Shown piece after piece: positions 9,742 to 23,464 of a stretch of DNA of 64,000 nt (its first letter is position 1; each line of letters starts with the position of its first letter). Source of the stretch: Escherichia coli (GTDB lineage: Bacteria > Pseudomonadota > Gammaproteobacteria > Enterobacterales > Enterobacteriaceae); assembly GCF_044647545.1 (NCBI RefSeq), contig NZ_CP172818.1. The stretch is one strand, 5' to 3'. The notes beneath the pieces were generated by a model. It made no database searches, had not been told where the DNA came from, and saw only the letters and a list, made by a program, of their open reading frames with translations. Position numbers and translations under genes: made by a program.

Positions 9742-10959
9742 TTAAGATGATGAGATGGCCTCAGGTACTTCCACCGGAGGCCGTTTTTTTAATCGCCACG
9801 TCAGTAATAACGCGATTGCGACCAGTCCCGCCGCCGCCAGATAAATCACCGGGACGCCCGCCCAACTCATCACCAGCCCAGCCAGTGGTCCGGTCACGCC
9901 AAGCGATAAATCCATAAATACGGTGTAAGTTGCCAGCGCCGCCCCCTGATTTTGCTGCGGAACCGCTTTTACCGCCACTACGCCCAATGCCGGGAACACC
10001 AGCGAAAACCCCGCCCCCGCGAGTAAGACGCCGATTTTCGCCATCCACGGCATAGTCGCCACGCCAACCAGTAGCAGGCCGATTATCTCAACGCTAAAGC
10101 AAATCATCGCCACGTTTAAGCCGCCGATACGGTTAATGCCGTTAGGAAATAACAAACGCGTACCGACAAACGCACAGCTAAACAGCGTCAGCGCGAAAGC
10201 CGCACCGTCCCAACCTTTAGCGTCATAAAACAGCGTGATAAAGGTGGCGATAACGCCAAATCCGGCGGAAGCCAGTGCCAGCGCCATACCGTACAGCCAG
10301 ACGCGCCCAAGCACCGCGCGAAACGGCAGCGGTTTGCCTTTACTGGCTTTTACCGTCGGACGCGGGATCGCCAACAAAATGGCCACCAGCGCCACGCCCA
10401 TAATGATTAACGCTAACGCCTGCAAGCCGCCCCAGTGATAAAACACGACACCTAACGGCGCACCCATCGCCATCGCCCCGTAAGTGACAATGCCGTTCCA
10501 CGAAATCACCCGCCCGATATGCAGCGAACCAACCACGCCAACGCCCCATAGGGTCGATCCCGTTCCGGCAAAACTTTGCCCAATCCCAAGGATCACGCGC
10601 CCCAGGCACAGTAATAACAGGCTGATGACGGGCAGACTGGCGGTTAATCCTGCCGTCAGATACCCCAAACCGCTCAAAAAGCAGCCGCATAAACCGAAGA
10701 CGACAATCTTTTTGGGTCCCAGCAAATCGGCGTAACGTCCGGCATGAGGGCGGCTCAGCAAGGTGGCGAAATATTGCAGGCTGATAACCAATCCTGCCCA
10801 GAAAGCGCTAAAGCCCATCACATCATGGACATAGCCCGGTAATACAGCGAGCGGCAACCCGATGGTGAGGTAGCTGGCGAAGTTAAACATGACAATGGAG
10901 ACAATGCGCAAATTCAGGCGCAATCCGTTTAGCGCGGGTTCGGCTACGGGTTCGGGCAT
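9742..10959 (-). CDS. yhhS: MFS transporter YhhS
   Basis: 405 aa from MPEPVAEPALNG; 12-TM MFS-like hydrophobicity; stop only 3 nt from dcrB stop. Confidence 0.9.
   Translation of the reverse strand: MPEPVAEPALNGLRLNLRIVSIVMFNFASYLTIGLPLAVLPGYVHDVMGFSAFWAGLVISLQYFATLLSRPHAGRYADLLGPKKIVVFGLCGCFLSGLGYLTAGLTASLPVISLLLLCLGRVILGIGQSFAGTGSTLWGVGVVGSLHIGRVISWNGIVTYGAMAMGAPLGVVFYHWGGLQALALIIMGVALVAILLAIPRPTVKASKGKPLPFRAVLGRVWLYGMALALASAGFGVIATFITLFYDAKGWDGAAFALTLFSCAFVGTRLLFPNGINRIGGLNVAMICFSVEIIGLLLVGVATMPWMAKIGVLLAGAGFSLVFPALGVVAVKAVPQQNQGAALATYTVFMDLSLGVTGPLAGLVMSWAGVPVIYLAAAGLVAIALLLTWRLKKRPPVEVPEAISSS
9757..9790 (+). terminator. Rho-independent terminator for dcrB, embedded in the 3' coding end of convergent yhhS
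   Basis: GGCCTC...GAGGCC stem followed by a 7-nt T run (9784..9790). Confidence 0.55.
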
Positions 10960-11090
10960 GAGGATCACCACATTTTTACAACAGTGTTTCATTTTTACCA
11001 CGTGCTGACGTGAAAATCAGCAGTAAGAATCAGAATATTGCTGGCGTGACTCCCGCTACACTTAATACAAAAAGTCACAAGGAAGCCCCA

Positions 11091-12140
11091 ATGGAAACCC
11101 CTCAACCCGATAAAACGGGCATGCACATTCTGCTCAAGCTGGCCTCGCTGGTGGTGATCCTCGCGGGAATTCACGCAGCGGCAGATATCATTGTGCAGCT
11201 GTTACTGGCGCTGTTTTTTGCCATCGTCCTCAACCCGCTCGTCACCTGGTTTATTCGTCGGGGAGTACAACGCCCCGTTGCCATTACGATTGTGGTGGTG
11301 GTGATGCTGATCGCACTAACCGCGCTGGTCGGCGTACTGGCGGCATCGTTTAACGAATTTATCTCTATGCTGCCGAAGTTTAATAAGGAGCTGACGCGCA
11401 AACTTTTTAAATTGCAGGAGATGTTGCCTTTTCTTAATTTGCATATGTCGCCGGAGCGAATACTGCAGCGGATGGACTCGGAAAAAATGGTTACCTTCAC
11501 CACGGCGCTAATGACCGGGCTTTCCGGGGCAATGGCGAGCGTGCTTTTGCTGGTGATGACCGTAGTTTTCATGCTGTTTGAAGTGCGCCACGTCCCTTAC
11601 AAAATGCGTTTTGCGTTGAATAATCCACAGATTCACATCGCCGGACTACACCGCGCCTTAAAAGGTGTTTCGCACTATCTTGCATTGAAGACACTGCTAA
11701 GTTTATGGACAGGCGTAATCGTCTGGCTGGGGCTGGCGCTAATGGGCGTACAGTTTGCGCTGATGTGGGCAGTACTGGCGTTTTTGCTCAACTACGTGCC
11801 CAATATCGGCGCGGTAATTTCCGCCGTACCGCCAATGATTCAGGTGCTGCTGTTTAATGGCGTTTACGAATGTATTCTGGTCGGCGCATTGTTTTTAGTG
11901 GTCCATATGGTCATCGGCAATATTTTAGAACCACGGATGATGGGCCATCGCCTGGGGATGTCCACCATGGTGGTATTTCTTTCATTGTTAATTTGGGGAT
12001 GGCTGCTCGGCCCGGTAGGGATGCTACTTTCGGTACCATTAACCAGCGTGTGTAAAATCTGGATGGAAACCACCAAAGGCGGTAGCAAACTGGCGATTTT
12101 ACTGGGACCGGGCAGACCGAAAAGTCGATTACCGGGATGA
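11091..12140 (+). CDS. yhhT: AI-2E family (PerM-like) transporter YhhT
   Basis: 349 aa from METPQPDKTG; polytopic membrane protein. Confidence 0.88.
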   Translation: METPQPDKTGMHILLKLASLVVILAGIHAAADIIVQLLLALFFAIVLNPLVTWFIRRGVQRPVAITIVVVVMLIALTALVGVLAASFNEFISMLPKFNKELTRKLFKLQEMLPFLNLHMSPERILQRMDSEKMVTFTTALMTGLSGAMASVLLLVMTVVFMLFEVRHVPYKMRFALNNPQIHIAGLHRALKGVSHYLALKTLLSLWTGVIVWLGLALMGVQFALMWAVLAFLLNYVPNIGAVISAVPPMIQVLLFNGVYECILVGALFLVVHMVIGNILEPRMMGHRLGMSTMVVFLSLLIWGWLLGPVGMLLSVPLTSVCKIWMETTKGGSKLAILLGPGRPKSRLPG

Positions 12141-12194
12141 GGCGACAAGTGTTACGATACGCACTTTCATTTTCCATTAAACGTTGGCCCTGAT

Positions 12195-12782
12195 ATGTAT
12201 CGGATAGTTCTGGGGAAAGTTTCGACCTTAAGCGCAGCTCCTCTGCCACCGGGTTTACGCGAGCAAGCACCGCAAGGTCCACGACGCGAACGCTGGCTGG
12301 CGGGGCGTGCATTGCTTTCGCACACGCTTTCCCCGCTACCGGAGATCATCTATGGCGAACAAGGCAAACCTGCATTCGCGCCGGAAACGCCGCTATGGTT
12401 CAACTTAAGCCATAGCGGTGACGATATCGCCCTGCTGTTGAGCGATGAAGGCGAAGTCGGCTGCGATATCGAAGTGATTCGCCCGCGCGCCAACTGGCGC
12501 TGGCTGGCGAACGCCGTATTCAGCCTTGGGGAACATGCCGAGATGGACGCCGTGCATCCTGATCAGCAACTGGAAATGTTCTGGCGCATCTGGACGCGCA
12601 AAGAAGCCATCGTTAAACAGCGTGGCGGCAGCGCCTGGCAAATCGTCAGCGTAGACAGCACCTATAACTCCTCGCTGTCAGTCAGCCATTGTCAGCTAGA
12701 AAATTTAAGCCTGGCGATCTGCACCCCTACCCCCTTTACGCTCACCGCCGACAGTGTGCAATGGATCGATTCAGTTAACTGA
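12195..12782 (+). CDS. acpT: 4'-phosphopantetheinyl transferase AcpT
   Basis: 195 aa; PPTase-like motifs (FNLSHSGD, WTRKEA). Confidence 0.9.
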   Translation: MYRIVLGKVSTLSAAPLPPGLREQAPQGPRRERWLAGRALLSHTLSPLPEIIYGEQGKPAFAPETPLWFNLSHSGDDIALLLSDEGEVGCDIEVIRPRANWRWLANAVFSLGEHAEMDAVHPDQQLEMFWRIWTRKEAIVKQRGGSAWQIVSVDSTYNSSLSVSHCQLENLSLAICTPTPFTLTADSVQWIDSVN

Positions 12783-12828
12783 TCCGCCCACCCGACTGCC
12801 CATCTATTGATCCAGAACAGGTAATCAG

Positions 12829-12856
12829 TATGACGAATACTTAAAATCGTCATACT
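12829..12856 (+). promoter_or_regulatory. NikR operator GTATGA-N16-TCATAC in the nikA promoter
   Basis: Exact match to the two-half-site NikR operator pattern 37 nt upstream of nikA; possible FNR-like half site TTGAT at 12808. Confidence 0.85.
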
Positions 12857-12892
12857 TATTTCCGCCATCTATTTTAATCCATTGGGGTTACC

Positions 12893-14467
12893 ATGTTCTC
12901 TACACTCCGCCGCACTCTATTTGCGCTGCTGGCTTGTGCGTCTTTTATCGTCCATGCCGCTGCACCAGATGAAATCACCACCGCCTGGCCGGTGAATGTC
13001 GGGCCACTAAACCCGCACCTTTACACGCCTAACCAAATGTTCGCCCAGAGCATGGTTTATGAACCACTGGTGAAATATCAGGCAGACGGTTCGGTGATCC
13101 CGTGGCTGGCAAAAAGCTGGACCCATTCAGAAGATGGCAAAACCTGGACCTTCACCCTGCGTGATGATGTGAAATTCTCTAACGGTGAACCGTTTGATGC
13201 AGAGGCCGCGGCAGAAAACTTCCGCGCTGTGCTCGACAACCGTCAACGTCACGCCTGGCTGGAGCTGGCAAACCAGATTGTTGATGTCAAAGCTCTCAGT
13301 AAAACCGAGCTGCAAATCACCCTGAAAAGCGCCTACTACCCTTTCCTGCAAGAACTGGCCCTGCCCCGTCCTTTCCGCTTTATCGCCCCCTCGCAGTTTA
13401 AAAACCATGAAACCATGAATGGGATTAAAGCGCCGATTGGCACCGGGCCGTGGGTTTTGCAGGAATCGAAACTGAATCAGTACGATGTCTTCGTCCGTAA
13501 CGAAAACTACTGGGGCGAAAAGCCGGCGATTAAGAAGATCACTTTTAACGTCATCCCAGACCCGACTACCCGCGCAGTAGCGTTTGAAACCGGCGATATC
13601 GATCTACTATACGGTAATGAAGGGCTATTACCGCTCGATACCTTCGCCCGCTTTAGCCAGAACTCGGCTTACCACACCCAACTGTCACAGCCGATCGAAA
13701 CCGTGATGCTGGCGCTCAATACTGCCAAAGCCCCCACCAACGAGCTGGCAGTCCGTGAAGCTCTTAATTACGCGGTAAACAAAAAATCGCTGATCGATAA
13801 CGCGTTGTATGGCACCCAGCAGGTCGCCGACACCCTGTTTGCCCCTTCCGTGCCCTATGCCAATCTCGGCCTGAAACCGCGCCAGTACGATCCGCAGAAA
13901 GCAAAAGCGTTGCTGGAACAAGCAGGCTGGACGCTGCCCGCAGGCAAAGACATCCGCGAGAAAAATGGTCAGCCGCTGCGCATTGAACTGTCGTTCATCG
14001 GCACCGATGCGTTAAGCAAATCAATGGCCGAAATCATTCAGGCTGATATGCGCCAGATTGGCGCGGATGTCACGCTGATCGGCGAAGAAGAGAGCAGTAT
14101 CTATGCTCGTCAGCGCGACGGTCGTTTTGGCATGATTTTCCACCGTACCTGGGGCGCGCCATACGATCCACACGCCTTCCTGAGTTCAATGCGCGTACCG
14201 TCGCACGCTGACTTCCAGGCACAGCAAGGTTTAGCCGACAAGCCACTGATTGATAAAGAGATTGGCGAAGTGCTGGCGACACACGACGAAACACAACGTC
14301 AGGCACTGTATCGCGACATTCTGACCCGTCTGCATAACGAGGCGGTTTATCTGCCCATCAGCTATATCTCAATGATGGTGGTTTCAAAACCGGAACTGGG
14401 TAACATCCCCTACGCGCCGATCGCCACCGAAATCCCGTTCGAACAGATTAAACCGGTGAAACCTTAA
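12893..14467 (+). CDS. nikA: Nickel ABC transporter periplasmic binding protein NikA
   Basis: 524 aa with signal peptide; first gene of nik operon. Confidence 0.96.
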   Translation: MFSTLRRTLFALLACASFIVHAAAPDEITTAWPVNVGPLNPHLYTPNQMFAQSMVYEPLVKYQADGSVIPWLAKSWTHSEDGKTWTFTLRDDVKFSNGEPFDAEAAAENFRAVLDNRQRHAWLELANQIVDVKALSKTELQITLKSAYYPFLQELALPRPFRFIAPSQFKNHETMNGIKAPIGTGPWVLQESKLNQYDVFVRNENYWGEKPAIKKITFNVIPDPTTRAVAFETGDIDLLYGNEGLLPLDTFARFSQNSAYHTQLSQPIETVMLALNTAKAPTNELAVREALNYAVNKKSLIDNALYGTQQVADTLFAPSVPYANLGLKPRQYDPQKAKALLEQAGWTLPAGKDIREKNGQPLRIELSFIGTDALSKSMAEIIQADMRQIGADVTLIGEEESSIYARQRDGRFGMIFHRTWGAPYDPHAFLSSMRVPSHADFQAQQGLADKPLIDKEIGEVLATHDETQRQALYRDILTRLHNEAVYLPISYISMMVVSKPELGNIPYAPIATEIPFEQIKPVKP

Positions 14468-15407
14468 TGTTGCGTTATGTATTACGCCGCTTTCTGCTGC
14501 TGATCCCGATGGTGCTCGCCGCCTCGGTGATCATTTTTCTGATGCTGCGCCTCGGCACCGGCGACCCGGCGCTCGATTATCTGCGTCTGTCTAACCTGCC
14601 GCCGACGCCGGAAATGCTGGCTTCTACCCGCACCATGCTGGGGCTGGATCAGCCGTTGTACGTGCAGTACGGAACCTGGTTGTGGAAAGCGCTGCATCTT
14701 GACTTTGGTATCTCATTCGCCAGCCAACGCCCGGTGCTGGACGATATGCTGACCTTCCTGCCCGCCACGCTGGAGCTGGCGGGTGCGGCGCTGGTATTAA
14801 TTCTGCTCACTTCCGTGCCGCTCGGCATCTGGGCGGCGCGCCATCGCGACCGCCTGCCGGATTTCGCCGTGCGTTTTATCGCGTTTCTTGGCGTGTCGAT
14901 GCCTAACTTCTGGTTGGCGTTTTTACTGGTGATGGCATTTTCAGTGTATCTGCAATGGCTGCCCGCGATGGGTTACGGCGGCTGGCAGCACATCATTTTG
15001 CCTGCGGTTTCCATCGCTTTTATGTCGCTGGCGATTAACGCGCGTCTGCTGCGCGCCAGTATGCTGGACGTCGCCGGTCAGCGTCATGTGACCTGGGCGC
15101 GACTGCGCGGCCTGAACGACAAACAGACCGAACGCCGCCACATCCTGCGCAATGCCTCGCTGCCGATGATCACCGCCGTGGGGATGCACATTGGCGAACT
15201 GATTGGCGGGACGATGATTATCGAAAACATCTTTGCCTGGCCGGGCGTCGGGCGCTATGCGGTGTCGGCGATTTTTAACCGTGACTATCCAGTGATCCAA
15301 TGCTTTACGCTGATGATGGTGGTGGTTTTTGTGGTCTGTAATTTGATTGTCGATTTGCTCAACGCCGCGCTGGACCCGCGTATTCGTCGTCATGAAGGAG
15401 CGCACGC

Positions 15408-15411
<4 letters not shown>
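14467..15411 (+). CDS. nikB: Nickel ABC transporter permease NikB
   Basis: 314 aa; start overlaps nikA stop. Confidence 0.96.
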
Positions 15412-18235
<2,824 letters not shown>

Positions 18236-18278
18236 CTATTAAAATTAAGTTCGTACGTCTGTAAAAAAGGATTTTACG

Positions 18279-21200
18279 ATGAGCGGAAAACCGGCGGCGC
18301 GTCAGGGCGACATGACGCAGTATGGCGGTAGCATTGTTCAGGGTTCTGCCGGGGTGCGTATTGGTGCCCCCACCGGCGTGGCCTGTTCAGTGTGCCCCGG
18401 CGGGGTGACGTCCGGTCATCCGGTCAATCCGCTGCTGGGTGCAAAGGTCCTTCCCGGCGAAACCGACCTTGCCCTGCCCGCCCCGCTGCCGTTCATCCTC
18501 TCCCGCACCTACAGCAGTTACCGGACAAAAACGTCCGCGCCGGTGGGGAGCCTCGGCCCCGGCTGGAAAATGCCTGCGGATATCCGCTTACAGCTGCGCG
18601 ATAACACACTGATACTCAGTGATAACGGCGGCAGAAGCCTGTATTTTGAGCACCTGTTTCCCGGTGAGGACGGTTACAGCCGCAGCGAGTCACTCTGGCT
18701 GGTGCGCGGCGGCGTGGCGAAACTGGATGAAGGTCACCGGCTGGCCGCACTCTGGCAGGCGCTGCCGGAAGAGCTTCGCCTGAGTCCGCATCGTTATCTG
18801 GCGACGAACAGTCCACAGGGGCCGTGGTGGGTACTCGGCTGGTGTGAGCGGGTGCCGGAGGCGGATGAGGTGCTGCCTGCGCCGCTGCCGCCGTACCGGG
18901 TACTGACCGGGCTGGTGGACCGCTTCGGGCGCACACAGACGCTCCACCGCGAAGCCGCCGGTGAATTCAGCGGCGAAATCACCGGCGTGACGGATGGTGC
19001 CGGGCGTCACTTCCGGCTGGTACTGACCACGCAGGCGCTGCGGGCAGAAGAGGCCCGGCAGCAGGCCATTTCCGGCGGGACGGAACCGTCCGCTTTTCCT
19101 GATACCCTGCCGGGTTACACCGAATATGGCCGGGACAACGGTATCCGCCTGTCCGCCGTGTGGCTGACGCACGACCCGGAATATCCGGAGAATTTACCTG
19201 CCGCGCCGCTGGTGCGCTATGGCTGGACGCCACGCGGCGAACTGGCGGTGGTGTATGACCGCAGCAATACACAGGTGCGCAGCTTTACTTACGATGATAA
19301 ATACCGGGGCCGGATGGTGGCGCACCGTCACACGGGCCGGCCGGAAATCCGTTACCGTTACGACAGTGACGGGCGGGTGACAGAACAGCTAAACCCGGCA
19401 GGCTTAAGCTACACCTATCTGTTATGAGCAAAACCGCATCACCATCACCGACAGCCTGAACCGCCGTGAAGTCCTGCATACGCAGGCGAAGGCGGCCTGA
19501 AGCGGGTGGTGAAAAAGGAACACGCGGACGGCAGCGTCACGCAGAGTCAGTTTGACGCGGTGGGCAGGCTTAAGACACAGACGGATGCCGCAGGCCGGAC
19601 AACAGAATACAGCCCGGATGTGGTGACGGGCCTCATCACGCGCATCACCACGCCGGATGGCAGGGCATCGGCGTTTTACTATAACCACCACAGCCAGTTA
19701 ACGTCAGCCACCGGGCCTGACGGGCTGGAAATACGCCGGGAATATGATGAATCCGGCCGTCTGATTCAGGAAACCGCCCCTGACGGCGATATCACCCGCT
19801 ACCGTTATGATAATCCACACAGTGACTTCCCCTGCGCAACGGAAGATGCCACCGGCAGCCGGAAAACCATGACGTGGAGCCGTTACGGTCAGTTGCTGAG
19901 CTTCACCGACTGTTCCGGCTACCAGACCCGTTATGACCATGACCGCTTCGGGCAGATGACGGCGGTGCACCGCGAGGAAGGCCTGAGCCAGTGCCGCGCA
20001 TACGACAGCCGTGGACAGTTAATTGCCGTGAAAGACACGCAGGGCCATGAAACGCGGTATGAATACAACATCGCCGGTGACCTGACCGCCGTCATTGCCC
20101 CGGACGGCAGCAGAAACGGGACACAGTACGATGCGTGGGGAAAGGCCATCCGTACCACGCAGGGCGGGCTGACCCGCAGTATGGAATACGATGCTGCAGG
20201 ACGGGTCATCCGCCTGACAAACGAAAACGGCAGCCACACCACCTTCCGTTACGATGTACTCGACCGGCTGATACAGGAAACCGGCTTTGACGGCCGCACA
20301 CAGCGTTACCACCACGACCTGACCGGCAAACTTATCCGCAGCGAGGATGAGGGGCTGGTCACCCACTGGCACTATGACGAAGCAGACCGCATCACGCAGC
20401 GAACGGTGAATGGTGAAACCGCAGAACAGTGGCGGTACGACGAACGCGGCTGGCTGACACAAATCAGCCATCTCAGCGAAGGGCACCGGGTGACGGTGCA
20501 TTACGGGTATGATGAGAAAGGCCGCCTGACCGGTGAGCGCCAGACGGTGCATCATCCGCAGACGGAAGCACTGCTCTGGCAGCATGAGACCAGACATGCG
20601 TACAACGCGCAGGGGCTGGCGAACCGCTGTATACCGGACAACCTGCCCGCCGTGGAATGGCTGACTTATGGCAGTGGTTACCTGGCAGGGATGAAACTCG
20701 GCGACACACCGCTGGTGGAGTACACCCGCGACCGCCTGCACCGGGAAACGCTGCGCAGCTTCGGCCGTTATGAACTCACCACCGCTTATACCCCTGCCGG
20801 GCAGTTACAGAGCCAGCACCTGAACAGCCTGCAGTATGACCGCGATTACACCTGGAACGACAACGGCGAACTCATTCGCATCAGCAGCCCGCGCCAGACC
20901 CGGAGTTACAGCTACAGCGACTCCGGCAGGCTGACCGGCGTTCACACCACCGCAGCGAACCTGGATATCCGCATCCCGTATGCCACGGACCCGGCAGGTA
21001 ACCGCCTGCCCGACCCGGAGCTGCACCCGGACAGCACCCTCAGCATGTGGCCGGATAACCGTATCGCCCGTGACGCGCACTATCTTTACCGGTATGACCG
21101 TCACGGCAGGCTGACGGAGAAAACCGACCTCATCCCGGAAGGGGTTATCCGCACGGATGATGAGCGGACTCACCGGTACCATTACGACAGCCGGCACCGG

Positions 21201-22514
21201 CTGGTGCACTACACGCGGACACAATATGCAGAGCCGCTGGTCGAAAGTCGCTATCTTTACGACCCGCTGGGCCGCAGGGTGGCAAAACGGGTGTGGCGGC
21301 GTGAACGGGACCTGACGGGCTGGATGTCGCTGTCACGGAAACCGGAAGTGACCTGGTACGGCTGGGACGGCGACCGCCTGACCACGATACAGAACGACAG
21401 AACCCGCATCCAGACGGTTTATCAGCCGGGGAGCTTCACACCACTCATCAGGGTCGAAACCGCCACCGGTGAGCAGGCGAAAACGCAGCGCCGCAGCCTG
21501 GCGGATGCGCTTCAGCAGTCCGGCGGCGAAGACGGTGGCAGTGTGGTGTTCCCGCCGGTGCTGGTGCAGATGCTCGACCGGCTGGAAAGTGAAATCCTTA
21601 CTGACCGGGTGAGTGAGGAAAGCCGCCGCTGGCTGGCATCGTGCGGCCTGACGGTGGCGCAGATGCAAAACCAGATGGACCCGGTGTACACGCCGGCGAG
21701 AAAAATCCACCTGTACCACTGCGACCATCGCGGCCTGCCGCTGGCGCTTGTCAGCACGGAAGGGGCAACAGAATGGTGCGCAGAATACGATGAGTGGGGC
21801 AACCTGCTGAATGAAGAGAACCCGCACCAGCTGCAACAGCTTATCCGCCTGCCGGGTCAGCAGTATGATGAGGAGTCAGGCCTGTATTACAACCGCCACC
21901 GCTATTATGACCCGCTGCAGGGGCGGTATATCACTCAGGATCCGATTGGGCTGAAGGGGGGATGGAACCTGTATGGATATCAATTGAATCCGATATCAGA
22001 CATCGACCCCCTGGGTTTATCTATGTGGGAGGATGCAAAATCGGGGGCATGTACTAATGGTCTTTGCGGCACACTATCCGCTATGATAGGTCCAGATAAG
22101 TTTGATTCTATAGATAGCACCGCATATGACGCCTTAAATAAAATAAATAGCCAATCTATTTGCGAAGATAAAGAGTTCGCTGGTTTAATATGTAAGGATA
22201 ATAGTGGCAGATATTTCTCAACAGCACCTAACCGAGGGGAAAGAAAAGGATCATATCCATTCAATAGCCCTTGCCCTAATGGTACTGAGAAAGTATCAGC
22301 TTATCATACTCATGGTGCAGATAGTCATGGAGAATATTGGGACGAAATATTTTCAGGCAAAGATGAGAAAATAGTTAAAAGTAAAGATAACAATATCAAG
22401 TCATTTTATTTGGGCACGCCCAGTGGTAATTTTAAAGCAATAGATAACCACGGGAAGGAAATAACAAACGGAAAAGGATTACCTAATGTCTGCAGAGTTC
22501 ATGGTAATATGTAA
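18279..22514 (+). pseudogene. rhsB: Rhs core protein with C-terminal toxin tip (RhsB-like), interrupted by a compensated frameshift at about 19422..19484
   Basis: Two same-frame ORFs (18279..19427, 19506..22514) with YD-repeat content, PxxxxDPxGL core end at about 21945..22020 and an AT-rich tip; two in-frame TGA codons between them. Confidence 0.85.
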
Positions 22515-22869
22515 AAAAATATTTTTTAGGAACTGTGTCATTGTATCTTTGTTTGTTTTTACATACAACACATGGGCGCAGTGTAATAATAATATTAAAA
22601 TAATGCGCAAGTATGAAAGTGAGGGTAAATATACCGTTAGAAATTTGGTTAAAAATAAAGCTATAGCATTGGAATTAGCTGAGATATATGTTAAGAATCG
22701 TTATGGGCAGGATGCCGCAGAAGAAGAAAAACCATATAAAATCACTGAGTTAACAACAAGTTGGGTTGTTGAAGGCACCATTCACTCAGACCAAATTGCT
22801 GGTGGGGTTTTTATTATAGAAATAGGCAAAAATGATGGGGTAATTCTGAATTTTGGCCACGGAAAATAA
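22486..22869 (+). CDS. yhhH: Putative Rhs immunity protein YhhH
   Basis: 127 aa AT-rich ORF overlapping the rhs stop; alternative start at 22501. Confidence 0.7.
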   Translation: MSAEFMVICKKIFFRNCVIVSLFVFTYNTWAQCNNNIKIMRKYESEGKYTVRNLVKNKAIALELAEIYVKNRYGQDAAEEEKPYKITELTTSWVVEGTIHSDQIAGGVFIIEIGKNDGVILNFGHGK

Positions 22870-22973
22870 GTATGTAAGGATAATCAAACATCGTGTGCGC
22901 TGATGGCAGAGTAGGTGGAGGACTCCAGACAGTCAAACGATAAAAAAAGATAGCCTTTATGGAGGCTCCTGCA

Positions 22974-23357
22974 ATGTCAAATACATACCAGAAAAGAAAG
23001 GCAAGTAAAGAGTATGGTTTATATAATCAATGTAAGAAACTAAATGATGATGAATTATTTCGCTTACTTGATGATCACAATTCCTTGAAAAGGATTTCAT
23101 CTGCCAGAGTATTACAGTTAAGAGGTGGGCAAGACGCTGTTAGATTGGTAATTGAGTTCTGCTCTGATAAAAATTATATCCGTAGAGATATCGGAGCATT
23201 TATACTCGGGCAAATAAAAATTTGCAAAAAATGCGAAGATAATGTGTTTAATATTTTGAACAATATGGCATTGAATGATAAGAGCGCTTGCGTTCGAGCT
23301 ACGGCAATCGAGTCAACGGCCAGGGAAAGATCATCAAAAGTACACTTTTTGTACTAA
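22974..23357 (+). CDS. Hypothetical protein, possibly an orphan Rhs-associated immunity protein (helical-repeat-like)
   Basis: ORF 22959..23357; likely start 22974 after GGAGG; AT-rich, between yhhH and H-repeat transposase. Confidence 0.4.
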   Translation: MSNTYQKRKASKEYGLYNQCKKLNDDELFRLLDDHNSLKRISSARVLQLRGGQDAVRLVIEFCSDKNYIRRDIGAFILGQIKICKKCEDNVFNILNNMALNDKSACVRATAIESTARERSSKVHFLY

Positions 23358-23464
23358 ATAATTCGCATTTTATGTTTAAAAATTGAGATATTCCTCATTA
23401 CCTGAAGCTGTTTTTTATTGCTTATACATGATCAAATACTCCTTACATAATTAAGGAGAACAAA

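Noticed and set aside
18616-21836. Several 100 to 240-aa minus-strand ORFs (for example 20019..20741, 21333..21836)
   Set aside because: Antisense to the GC-rich Rhs core, where long spurious open frames are expected; products are low-complexity Arg/Pro/Ala-rich.
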